From positions 340,442,001-340,506,000 of the forward strand of contig OZ024740.1 in assembly GCA_964016885.1 (NCBI GenBank): DNA of 64,000 bases, written 5' to 3'. Under the pieces are notes generated by a model. That model did not search any database and was not told the origin of the DNA. It saw only the letters and a list, made by a program, of their open reading frames with translations. Shown here in pieces: positions 37,301 through 47,382 of the stretch. The translations under genes were made by a program, and so were the position numbers. Every line of letters begins with the position of its first letter. Within the stretch, counting starts at the first letter, position 1. Source of the stretch: Eledone cirrhosa (Eukaryota).

Positions 37301-40300
37301 CTGCGTGCAGGAGAGGCGGTTACGCTGGTATGGACATGTGATGCGTATGAAGGATGACAGCTGCATAAAAAGGTGCAGAGCACTAGAAGTTGATGGAAAC
37401 CGCGGAGTGGGGAGACCCAAGATGACTTGGGATGAGGTGATAAAAGCCGACCTTACCCAACTACACCTCTCAAAGTCAATGACACACGACCGTGACTTCT
37501 GGCGTCACGCAGTAATACAGGGTACCCGACCTCCCATGGGTACATGCTGAAGCATATAAACAATATGCCCCCCCCCCCCCCCCCCCGCAAGGTGGTCGTG
37601 GAGGTGCCACGGCAAAAAAGCACCCAGCCCACACTGTAAAGTGGACGTGTAGGCGCCACGAAAAAGCACCCAGCACTCACTGTAAATGAGGTTGGTGTTA
37701 GGAAGGGCATCCAGCTGTAGAAATCAAGCCAGATCAGTTCCTGTATGAGCAAGGCATGGTCAGCCGACCAGACACTGCCCACAACAGGACAACCCGTCTA
37801 ACCCATGCTAGCGTGGAAGAACGGACGTAAAACGGTGATGATGATGATGATGATGATGATGACATACACAAATGAGCAACCTGTCATATATTCCATATTT
37901 GTCATGGATTCTATGGCTGGATGCCTTTCCTTATGCTACAACCTTACAGGGTGTACTGGGTATATTGTTTTGCGGCACCAACTTTACAGGGTGTAATGGG
38001 TGTATTTTAATTATTCCACCAACACTCGAGAAGTTGTCACATGTTCATCCAGACAGAAGGGTTTTCTTAAACTCTATATTGTCACCAGTATATTACCAAT
38101 ACTCTAGCCTCTGGTTTTTCACTACATTTACTTTTTTTCTTGCAGTGATATAGGTGGGCAGGTCTTTTATTTTATGGCATATCTCCTGTCAGCTCAGTTC
38201 TGTGTCATCTTTTTCATGAATTTCAGTTTCTAGAGGTCATTCTTCACAACAACATCCCATGTCTTCCTAAGTCTCCTTGTTCCCTAGGATCCATACACTA
38301 CACTCTGTGAAGTGATTAGCAATAGGAAGGGTATCCAGCTGTAGAAAACACCAAACATGAGCGAGAAGTGATCTCCAGCCTGCCTCATATGAGGGCAATA
38401 ACTGAATAAATATTGGCTTGGACCATAACAGCCCATGCTATGGAAAATAGTATTATGTTAGGAAAAACTGAAAGTTCAAGAGGGAGAGTTGACCACACGA
38501 GGAATAAGCAGAATTTGAGATTGTAAGAAGTCAAACATAACTTGAGGACACATTGAGAGATCTAACTAATGAAATCCCAGGTGAAATAGTTTTATCAATC
38601 CACCATCATCATTTAACATCCATTTTCCCCACCTAACAAGGTTGGATGAGTCTTCACAGACCAAGTCAGTATTTAAGTGAAGCTACTGACATTCAGATGA
38701 ACCAAGGGCTTACATGTTCCCACACTCTACCAAGTGCATTTTATCCTGGCACCAGCACTAAGGAGGTCGTCATGTCTTTGATATAGCTGGAGTCCACCAA
38801 ACTCTTTGTTAGCAAGTTTTCTATGGCTAGATGCCTTACCTATCATCATCATCATTTTACGTCCGCTTTTCCCTGATTCAGGCTTGATTTGTACAGCTGG
38901 ATGCCCTTCCTAACACCAACCTCATTTACAGTGAGTGCTGGGTGCTTTTTTCCGTGGCGCCTACACATCCACTTTTATAGTGTGGGCTGGGTGCTTTTTT
39001 GCCGTGGCACCCCCACAACCACTTTGCAGTGGAATGATAGAGAACCTGTCCTATCATCTCATTTCTACAGCTGAGTAAACTGGAGCATGTGAAATAAAGT
39101 GTCTTGCTCAAGGAAACAACACATCACCCGGTCTGAGAATTGAGCTCACAACCTTTCAATTGCAAGGCCAATGCTCTAACCACTAAACCATGTGTGAATA
39201 TAACCAGATGATGAATATAACCAGAACCGTTACAGACATCCAGACAGAGATGTTATAAACTGAAATGAAACTGTTTACTTATGTTCATCCTATATTTCTA
39301 GAGAGATATACCTCAACTGGACTAGCTGTATCTCCACAGTAGAAACTAAAACTGAAGACAGCATTGAATGAGCCATCTTATGAAATGCATTCAAGCTTTA
39401 ACTATTTGTAGCTTTACAGGACTGTAATTAATTTAATTACAACTATTCAGGAGGGATACCTGGATATAACCTAGGCATTCTAAGTAATTGTACATTCCAG
39501 TTTATATCCCAATTTATCACCTCACAAAGAATATATCTCTTACTTTAAACAGTCCCATTTTAGTTAACAATGAAATATAAGATACCCCACTATCATCCTC
39601 ACAATTTAACGTCTATTTTCCATACTTGCAGGAACTGAGGCTAGACTGGTCAGGTGATTACATCTAGCTTGTACACTCAGTCTTTGACTTGGTTTCTATG
39701 GCTGGGTGCCCTTCCTAACACCAACAACTTTGCATCATACACTGGGATCAATTTTATGTGACTCTGAAACTACCACCTTACAGAGTGAACTGGGTGATTT
39801 TTTCATGGTACCAACACTATCACTTGATAGTGTGGATTGGATGCTTGAAACTAATCAGGTAATAATGACAGTGGAGAAAATCATAGTAAAACTTGTACAA
39901 ACAACTTGAATTTACAGATGGCGAATTGGTAGAGTTTTTAGAACATGGGCTGGACGAGACATTTTGAGGCAAATTTTCTATGGCCAGATGCCCTTCCAAA
40001 TGCTAAACCAAAAGTATTGGATAATGTATGTAGAATGTGGTAGAGTAACAATATCTTGTCCGAAGAAGTTGAAAATAATTAGAATGAGGCCTCAAAGAAA
40101 GAGGCTAGGTTGAATGAAATACAGTAGTTACTTATTTAATCTGTATATTAAGGTGAGGTAAGAGGAGACTTCTCTCCACACAGACAAGTCATAGATAAGC
40201 CACTACTCTATGGAGTGGTCTATACAAAGGATGTAGTACTATACACTTACTGTGGTGTGACCAGTTACAGGAGTATAGTACTATACACTTACTGTGACCA

Positions 40301-43300
40301 GTTGCAGGAGTATAGTATTATACACTTACTGTGGTGTGACCAGTTACAGGAGTATAGTATTATACACTTACTGTGGTGTGATCAGTTACAGGAGTATAGT
40401 ATTATACACTTACTGTGGTGTGACCAGTTGCAGGAGTATAGTATTATACACTTACTGTGGTGTGACCAGTTACAGGAGTATAGTATTATACACTTACTGT
40501 GGTGTGACCAGTTACAGGAGTATAGTACTATACACTTACTGCGGTGTGACCAGTTGCAGGAGTATAGTATTATACACTTACTGTGGTGTGACCAGTTGCA
40601 GGAGTATAGTACTATACACTTACTGTGACCAGTTGCAGGAGTATAGTACTATACACTTACTGTGGTGTGACCAGTTGCAGGAGTATAGTACTATACACTT
40701 ACTGTGGTGTGACCAGTTACAGGAGTATAGTATTATACACTTACTGTGGTGTGATCAGTTACAGGAGTATAGTATTATACACTTACTGTGGTGTGACCAG
40801 TTGCAGGAGTATAGTACTATACACTTACTGTGGTGTGACCAGTTACAGGAGTATAGTATTATACACTTACTGTGGTGTGACCAGTTGCAGGAGTATAGTA
40901 CTATACACTTACTGTGGTGTGATCAGTTACAGGAGTATAGTATTATACACTTACTGTGGTGTGACCAGTTGCAGGAGTATAGTACTATACACTTACTGTG
41001 GTGTGACCAGTTACAGGAGTATAGTATTATACACTTACTGTGGTGTGACCAGTTGCAGGAGTATAGTACTATACACTTACTGTGGTGTGACCAGTTGCAG
41101 GAGTATAGTACTATACACTTACTGTGGTGTGACCAGTTGCAGGAGTATAGTACTATACACTTACTGTGGTGTGACCAGTTGCAGGAGTATAGTACTATAC
41201 ACTTACTGCGGTGTGACCAGTTGCAGGAGTATAGTACTATACACTTACTGCGGTGTGACCAGTTACAGGAGTATAGTATTATACACTTACTGCGGTGTGA
41301 CCAGTTACAGGAGTATAGTACTATACACTTACTGTGGTGTGACCAGTTGCAGGAGTATAGTACTATACACTTACTGCGGTGTGACCAGTTGCAGGAGTAT
41401 AGTACTATACACTTACTGTGGTGTGATCAGTTACAGGAGTATAGTATTATACACTTACTGTGGTGTGACCAGTTGCAGGAGTATAGTATTATACGCTTAC
41501 TGTGGTGTGACCAGTTGCAGGAGTATAGTACTATACACTTACTGTGGTGTGATCAGTTACAGGAGTATAGTATTATACACTTACTGCGGTGTGACCAGTT
41601 ACAGGAGTATAGTATTATACACTTACTGTGGTGAGATCAGTTACAGGAGTATAGTATTATACACTTACTGTGGTGTAACCAGTTACAGGAGTATAGTACT
41701 ATACACTTACTGTGGTGTGACCAGTTGCAGGAGTATAGTACTATACACTTACTGTGGTGTGACCAGTTGCAGGAGTATAGTACTATACACTTACTGTGGT
41801 GTGACCAGTTACAGGAGTATAGTACTAAACACTTACTGTGGTGTGACCAGTTGCAGGAGTATAGTACTATACACTTACTGCGGTGTGACCAGTTGCAGGA
41901 GTATAGTACTATACACTTACTGTGGTGTGATCAGTTACAGGAGTATAGTATTATACACTTACTGTGGTGTGACCAGTTGCAGGAGTATAGTATTATACGC
42001 TTACTGTGGTGTGACCAGTTGCAGGAGTATAGTACTATACACTTACTGTGGTGTGATCAGTTACAGGAGTATAGTATTATACACTTACTGCGGTGTGACC
42101 AGTTACAGGAGTATAGTACTATACACTTACTGTGGTGTGACCAGTTGCAGGAGTATAGTACTATACACTTACTGTGGTGTGACCAGTTGCAGGAGTATAG
42201 TACTATACACTTACTGCGGTGTGACCAGTTGCAGGAGTATAGTACTATACACTTACTGCGGTGTGACCAGTTACAGGAGTATAGTATTATACACTTACTG
42301 TGGTGTGACCAGTTGCAGGAGTATAGTATTATACACTTACTGTGGTGTGACCAGTTGCAGGAGTATAGTACTATACACTTACTGTGGTGTGACCAGTTGC
42401 AGGAGTATAGTATTATACACTTACTGTGGTGTGATCAGTTACAGGAGTATAGTATTATACACTTACTGTGGTGTGACCAGTTGCAGGAGTATAGTACTAT
42501 ACACTTACTGTGGTGTGACCAGTTGCAGGAGTATAGTACTATACACTTACTGTGGTGTGACCAGTTACAGGAGTATAGTATTATACACTTACTGTGGTGT
42601 GACCAGTTGCAGGAGTATAGTATTATACACTTACTGTGGTGTGACCAGTTGCAGGAGTATAGTATTATACACTTACTGTGGTGTGACCAGTTGCAGGTGA
42701 TATAATTCTGTACACTTAGTGGTGTGGTCAGTTGCAGGTGATATAATTCTGTACACTTACAGTGGTGTGGTCAGTTGCAGGTGATATAATTATGTACACT
42801 TACAGTGGTGTGGTCAGTTGCAGGTGATATAGTACTGTATACTTACTGTACAGGTGATACAGTACTGTACCGTGGTCAATTACAGGTAATGCAGTACTAT
42901 ACACTTACTGTAAGTGATCAATTACATACAGGTAATACAATAATATACACTTACTGAACGGCGGTCTGTTGCCGGCGATCAATTACTCTTAAGTAGATCT
43001 CTATATAGCTACAATGTGTAGTATACAAACATATATTACTGAGATTACTCTTTGTTGCTATTCTGAGTTCCGCATATTATCGCTGATCACACAATATAGT
43101 TAGTATATTAAATTATCTACAGAAGATACATTTTCTTTTTTCGTCTAATCACAAAGTAAATTGGACTATACTGTAACAAGTGTGAAAATACGATTATTAG
43201 TTCCCTATAAATATATTGGCTCAACTGAAATTGAATTTCTATTTTAGCGAATGGTGAATCAAAGTTTTTTTTTTTCTGAGATAGATATATGCAACTTGGT

Positions 43301-43969
43301 TAATTATGTGACAGAAACCCGTTCCTTACATCCCCAGACCGATAATGAAGACAAAGCTGGACGACAAAATCAAAATCTTAAAATTATGGAGGAATCACAA
43401 CCACAAGAATTTAATTTTATTATTTACGTTTTTTTTATTATTATTTGTAAAATATTGATTTCTAGAATCTAAACATGCTAAAGTTTGAACTGGAAGTGTT
43501 CTAAAGGATTAGCTCCGATAGAGCAGACATATAGTCGAAGACTTTTCAGCCGTGACCACCTCATCTTGTTTTCAGACATTGTGTACATAGGAATACGTTA
43601 TTTCAACATGTACTTCTTTTTCTAAGAACGGCAGTATCTGTAATCTGAAAGATTTGACTGCTATATATAGAAGCTTGAGCGTCAACATAAAAATTAGCTC
43701 GTGTAGTAAAGGTATTTAGAGTTGGTTAAATTAACAAAAAAAAAACATGCGATGATGAAGATAATTTTGAAACGAAAATGTCACAGTAAAATGGACGAAA
43801 CTAGGAAGAGGAAAGTAAAACATAAAGAGAGTGAGGAAAATAACTGGATACTTGTCTCAATGGAAAATTGATCTTACCCTGACTTGCAAGAACTATCAAG
43901 AACAGTATTAATATCTGGACAACAATTAAAGTCCCGAGCACAAGAAACACGTGCAACTGAGTTGGCCAT
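16160..43969 (-). CDS. PRMT5: Protein arginine N-methyltransferase 5, spliced: complement(join(16160..16312,18503..18567,18907..19023,20511..20604,21468..21577,23453..23628,24199..24321,24745..24803,25591..25668,26656..26727,27159..27248,28504..28717,29756..29865,31438..31569,32976..33061,33996..34114,43878..43969)); 629 aa
   Basis: All 17 exons have GT-AG boundaries and compatible phases, and sum to 1890 nt. Motifs include [27 protein letters not shown] (motif I), [26 protein letters not shown] (double-E loop), GMFSWFP and C-terminal [12 protein letters not shown]. Confidence 0.96.
17030..17434. mobile_element. Foldback/MITE-like element with about 125-bp imperfect TIRs
   Basis: 17030-17165 is the reverse complement (diverged) of 17305-17434, e.g. 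TAGTGTTGACCCA / TGGGTCAACACTA. Confidence 0.7.
18503..18567 (-). CDS. PRMT5: PRMT5 exon 16 ([22 protein letters not shown])
   Basis: FSW loop; AG/GT boundaries. Confidence 0.95.
18655..18830 (-). mobile_element. tRNA-derived SINE (family with TTGGGCAAGTGTCTTC core)
   Basis: Same family at 26865..27010 (+) and 58895..59050 (+). Confidence 0.6.
18907..19023 (-). CDS. PRMT5: PRMT5 exon 15 (EVIDNSRY...[18 protein letters not shown])
   Basis: AG/GTAAG boundaries; HGFxGYF motif. Confidence 0.95.
19898..20205. mobile_element. TTAA-flanked MITE (piggyBac-like CCCTTT...AAAGGG ends, decayed)
   Basis: TTAACTCTTTTAATACC ... GTATCAAGAGGGTT; related ends at about 24388, 24941, 31380 and 55086. Confidence 0.55.
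20511..20604 (-). CDS. PRMT5: PRMT5 exon 14 ([13 protein letters not shown]...FRHPNK)
   Basis: AG/GTAAG boundaries; FEMPYVVRL motif. Confidence 0.95.
20692..21310 (-). mobile_element. RTE LINE 3' fragment, distinct subfamily with a short 3' UTR
   Basis: ORF 20942..21307 (DSFRYLG, HGSETW); (CAT)n tail on +. Confidence 0.85.
21468..21577 (-). CDS. PRMT5: PRMT5 exon 13 ([26 protein letters not shown]...PE)
   Basis: AG/GT boundaries; conserved peptide. Confidence 0.95.
21745..21938 (-). mobile_element. tRNA-derived SINE (OR-like) inside (TA)n
   Basis: Close match to 46042..46230. Confidence 0.75.
21948..22170 (-). mobile_element. CR1/L2-type LINE 3' end
   Basis: Matches 47383..47600. Confidence 0.75.
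22307..23030 (+). mobile_element. RTE LINE 3' fragment
   Basis: Close match to 37110..37860; (GAT)n then (AT)n. Confidence 0.88.
23453..23628 (-). CDS. PRMT5: PRMT5 exon 12 ([10 protein letters not shown]...[25 protein letters not shown])
   Basis: Catalytic double-E loop; AG/GT boundaries. Confidence 0.97.
23895..24060. repeat. Degenerate minisatellite (TTTGTGATATCTAYTCTGTC-like unit)
   Basis: About 7 imperfect tandem units. Confidence 0.65.
24199..24321 (-). CDS. PRMT5: PRMT5 exon 11 ([13 protein letters not shown]...[12 protein letters not shown])
   Basis: SAM-binding motif I and post-I; AG/GTAAG boundaries. Confidence 0.96.
24745..24803 (-). CDS. PRMT5: PRMT5 exon 10 ([20 protein letters not shown])
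   Basis: AG/GTAAG boundaries. Confidence 0.92.
25591..25668 (-). CDS. PRMT5: PRMT5 exon 9 ([26 protein letters not shown])
   Basis: AG/GTAAG boundaries; highly conserved peptide. Confidence 0.96.
26150..26430 (+). mobile_element. R4/Dong-like (restriction-like endonuclease) non-LTR remnant
   Basis: Translates to (C>Y)[24 protein letters not shown]...[15 protein letters not shown], i.e. a decayed CCHC finger and PD motif. Confidence 0.65.
26656..26727 (-). CDS. PRMT5: PRMT5 exon 8 ([24 protein letters not shown])
   Basis: AG/GTAAG boundaries; carries the product-specificity Phe. Confidence 0.96.
27159..27248 (-). CDS. PRMT5: PRMT5 exon 7 ([30 protein letters not shown])
   Basis: tttccag acceptor, GTGAG donor. 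Confidence 0.93.
28163..28420 (+). mobile_element. tRNA-derived SINE
   Basis: TGGCCTAGCGG A-box, GGTTCAATTC B-box, AGCAAAACACTT core. Confidence 0.65.
28504..28717 (-). CDS. PRMT5: PRMT5 exon 6 (WHTFRTLCE...RWLSEPIKA...[16 protein letters not shown]...LFK)
   Basis: Lies in ORF-track frame 28387..28734; AG/GT boundaries. Confidence 0.96.
29756..29865 (-). CDS. PRMT5: PRMT5 exon 5 ([12 protein letters not shown]...NTWYW)
   Basis: AG/GTAAG boundaries; W-x-x-VPL and TWxW motifs. Confidence 0.92.
30760..31270 (-). mobile_element. Old RTE LINE remnant
   Basis: Reverse strand encodes QGPVLSPLLF and ELLYADDL. Confidence 0.65.
31438..31569 (-). CDS. PRMT5: PRMT5 exon 4 ([15 protein letters not shown]...HSYWQQ)
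   Basis: ttttccag acceptor, GTAAG donor, QEL/YL/P motif. Confidence 0.92.
32976..33061 (-). CDS. PRMT5: PRMT5 exon 3 ([29 protein letters not shown])
   Basis: AG/GT boundaries; conserved SPW...IRRNSE. Confidence 0.93.
33396..33610 (+). mobile_element. TTAA-CCCTTTAGCATT MITE family copy
   Basis: Related pieces at 31785-31945, 59640-59800 (right end AATGCTAAAGGGTT) and 60198. Confidence 0.6.
33996..34114 (-). CDS. PRMT5: PRMT5 exon 2 ([17 protein letters not shown]...[10 protein letters not shown])
   Basis: ttccag acceptor, GTAAG donor, conserved peptide. Confidence 0.95.
34190..35115 (+). mobile_element. Older RTE LINE 3' fragment
   Basis: ORF 34138..34413 ([13 protein letters not shown]); decayed 3' UTR and GAT tail. 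Confidence 0.85.
35136..37860 (+). mobile_element. Young 5'-truncated RTE LINE with an uninterrupted ORF (end of APE, RT, PHD, C-terminus), antisense in PRMT5 intron 1
   Basis: ORF-track frame 35103..37550 is open for 815 codons; (GAT)n tail; TSD GACATA at 35130-35135 and 37861-37866. Confidence 0.95.
38842..39192 (-). mobile_element. tRNA-derived SINE with RTE-derived tail
   Basis: Reverse copy of 13894..14265. Confidence 0.8.
40234..42958. repeat. 42-bp tandem satellite TGTGGTGTGACCAGTTRCAGGAGTATAGTAYTATACACTTAC; about 58 homogeneous copies plus degenerate copies at 42700-42958
   Basis: Direct reading; no unique spacers. Confidence 0.97.
43878..43969 (-). CDS. PRMT5: PRMT5 coding exon 1 ([31 protein letters not shown])
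   Basis: ATG at 43969; resembles the RVSxGRDxNC N-terminus; GTAAG donor; phase 2 fits exon 2. Confidence 0.88.
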
Positions 43970-45149
43970 GATGAAGGTGGAACAAAAGTTGAGAAGGGAC
44001 TAAATGTGTCAATAGATCCGGGCACTTTGTTCTCCAACACCACCATATAGAGAAGACATACACAGCACAGATCCTGTTGTCCTAACCCCTTGTTATTTTA
44101 CGATTGCTGTGATACATTATTTAAAGCTAAATTTATTAGACACTATGTAATATATTTTCTATATTCTGCATTTTATAGTCTAGACTTCATTTTCCCCTTT
44201 TTTGCTGTCCCCTCAAAATCAATTTACTGAACATGACATAATATCAACATTCATTCCGTGCTCCTGTTTTAGCACTTTCTTTACCTAACCGTCCGTAAAC
44301 TGCTCGGATTTAGCTATTTATATCAACATCCAATATCAATGAATTTCGTTACTCTGTTAGCGGTGATAACATGTAAATTTACTAAACACATTTTTGCAAC
44401 CCAAAGTTTGTGTTCTGTGAATTTTGGGGCTATTTTTAAAAATCTCATTTAAAAATTTTTTATGCCTGTAAACGTTCGTTTTTCTTTTTAATTATCACTA
44501 TTATTAAATCTTTCAGATTTAATAATAGTGACTTCTAATTTGACTGACTTTTAAATATAGATAATTGTATGAAGCATATCAAATGTTAGTCCGTCTTACT
44601 GTATTATATTAACGGCTTAATACATAAACGCCCCTTACTGCTGCTAATCTGTTCCTATTCAACTGATACAACAGAATTCCAGCGAAGATTTTTTTACAAA
44701 GATAAACATGTCGTACTGTTGCCGAAATTTGATACCAACTAAAGAGGCAGCTTGGAAACTTTGGTGAGGAATGTAGGAAGGAAGAGAATATTTATTATTT
44801 CGTTTATTTCCTCTAACCCTAATTTGCACAGTTCTAAAAGCAGAAAAGAATCCATTTCTGGCTTTTTCAAAATTCCTTTTAAAGAAAGTATAGGATTAGA
44901 TTATTTAAAGTTTACAGTAGAATTAGTATAAAACTTTTGTAAGTAAAAATAATATTTGAAAAATTAGATAGAATCTGTGTTCACAAACAATAGAAAAATA
45001 AATTTGATCTAAAATAAATTTAATGTGAGCACAACAGTTAAATGTGAAAAACACTGGAAGTGGAATTTGGTAGACAGAAACTTCTAGTGGGTCCTGTAAG
45101 AAGCAACCATCTCCAAGCTCATCTTCCACTGGGTCTCCTGCTGGTTGGT

Positions 45150-45760
45150 TTTGCCCATAGAATCTGTCTAGTATTAACCACATGCCCATAGTATTGGAGC
45201 TGTGATTTCTCAATTTGGAGAAGCAGTGGCTCTCCAAGCTATACTCTATCAAGTAACATTACTCCAAAGACCCTTTGGAGGAACCCCATTTGGCCACTTG
45301 TATTTGTGATCATATTCTTTTGGTCATTACCCAAGATTCATGACCATAGGTAAGGGTTGGCATAAATACTGAATTGAAGATAGTGAATTTGGCTTTTATG
45401 CCTACCTCCCCTCTTCTCAATGCTGATGCAGGCGCATTACTGCACCAGCTCCAGCAATTCTTGCACTTAATTCAGCCTCCTGCCTTCCATCACTTGTGAA
45501 CATGGCCCTGAAGATACCTGCTTCAGTGAAACTGCATTTACATGCGCAGGCTTCCTTGAGAGGACGAGTGTCTGTTTTCAAAGCACTTATTTTCATTCCA
45601 TCCATGCAGTATTCGGCATCAAACCCACCGAGTGCAAGTCGGAGATTACGTTCTGATGAGTTAAGTAACACCATGTCGTTTGCAAATTCCAGCTGGCTGA
45701 TTTTACACCCGCCAATCATGATACCACTTCCAACCTGACTGCCTATGTCAATCCTGTTCA
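45150..45760 (-). mobile_element. Decayed RTE (Rex3/Expander-like) LINE remnant
   Basis: ISQLEFANDMVLL (FADD-derived), FTSDGRQEAEL, TYGHESWVMT. Confidence 0.7.
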
Positions 45761-46041
45761 TTATTGTATTGTAGTACCAGTAATACACTGAGATAATTGC
45801 TGGCCTTGTGTCAAAAGTAGAAGCAATTATTGTATTGTACTTATTTTATTATGTTTTGTGTAATTAAAATAAACAAGCAAAGTATATAATATTTTTCAAA
45901 AATTTAAGAATTGTCCAACAATTTTTTTGCGGGGTGGGGGTGCAGCTGAAGCCCCCCACCCCCACCCAGCAATACACTACTGTATAGCATCATTATGATT
46001 AGAGCTTCATCATCACTATAGCATCACCATCATTATTATAA

Positions 46042-46230
46042 CGGTGGATTGGCAGTATCGGTAGAGGGTCGGACGCCATGCTTTCCAGCGTGGTTACGTC
46101 CCTTTACCATCTGAGTTCAAATCCCGCCGAGGTTGACTTTGCCTTTCATCCTTACGGGGTCGATAAAATAAAGTACCAGTAATACACTGGGATAATTGCT
46201 GGCCTTGTGCCTAAAGTAGAAACAATTATT
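46042..46230 (+). mobile_element. tRNA-derived SINE (OR-like)
   Basis: TGGCAGTATCGG A-box-like motif, GAGTTCAAATCCC B-box, ATT tail. Confidence 0.78.
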
Positions 46231-47382
46231 ATAACATCATCATTAGAACACCATCAGCACTAACATCTTTCCTATTTTGGAATTGAAATTTATTTAACTT
46301 GTTATTTAAAACCCAAGATTATGAAGAACTGTAATAATTCTATATTATTTACTGTATTATCAATAAATCATCATTTTGCATCAGCTTTCCATGTTGGCAT
46401 AAATATAATTATTAAATTACTTTTTATAACTTATTTATCCCCACCTCTTCCTCTTCTTCCTTTCCTTGTTTTTCTCTTGTATTTTCTTTGTTTTGTTTTT
46501 TTATCTTTTTTTTTCTATTTTTCTCCCTTTTCTGCTTATTTTTCTTCTGTCTCTTCAACTTATTATTTTCCTTATACACCTTTCTTTTCTTTGCCTGTCA
46601 CATCTTAAGTGATTCTTAAAATTTAACCCACCACCAACTATCTAAATGCAAAATATTTACTACAATCTTCTCACGTGTAAATCCTCACCATCTTCACTTC
46701 TTTTATGAAAAAATATAAATATCTGCAAACTTTGTATTTCAATCATTGATTGAATAGTTGCATTGAGGTCCCAGTCAACCTAATATGATCATACCCTTGA
46801 CTCTATTACAGGAATCCTTTCATCAGTAAATGTTTGTTGCCATTTATGAATCTATACTTTAACAACCCTATCATTAACATTTATAACTATATTATTTAAA
46901 AGTATAATAATTGCTACACTATTAATAAAATGTTCAGCTGAGACCACATTTAAATACTGCTCTCACATCTGGGGTCATACTGCTGCTGTAAAAAGCCACT
47001 CAGTAAATTGATGTAAAGTCACTAAGTAACACACCTTAGCTCTTAATCCACAGATATGGTGTCTCCTCCTCATTGTTACAATGGTCTCTACTCCTTGGAG
47101 CTTTCTGAACTCTTGCCACTGCCACTCAAGCACTCATGACTCATTTGTCTCTCCTTTCATTACCCATGTTGTGTCCAACCCACTGGGCCCTGCACTAACC
47201 ATTATATCCAGGCCTTCCTGCTCAGAATGTTAGTCATCTGGACATTCTTTTCCTGTTTATATTATTCCCAAACATGTGAACCTGCAAGAGTATAAACAGA
47301 CCGTCGATGGTATAGATCTCTTTGGTATTGAGGGGCTTCTGAAGGCCATGGGTATTATACTTTCCTCCTCCTCCTCCTTATA

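Noticed and set aside
40215-42705. Long ORFs (446, 691 and 326 aa) of repeated 14-aa units; CRISPR-like appearance
   Set aside because: The 42-bp unit is a multiple of 3 with two stop-free frames, so long ORFs arise automatically. There are no unique spacers and no cas genes, and the site is a eukaryotic intron.
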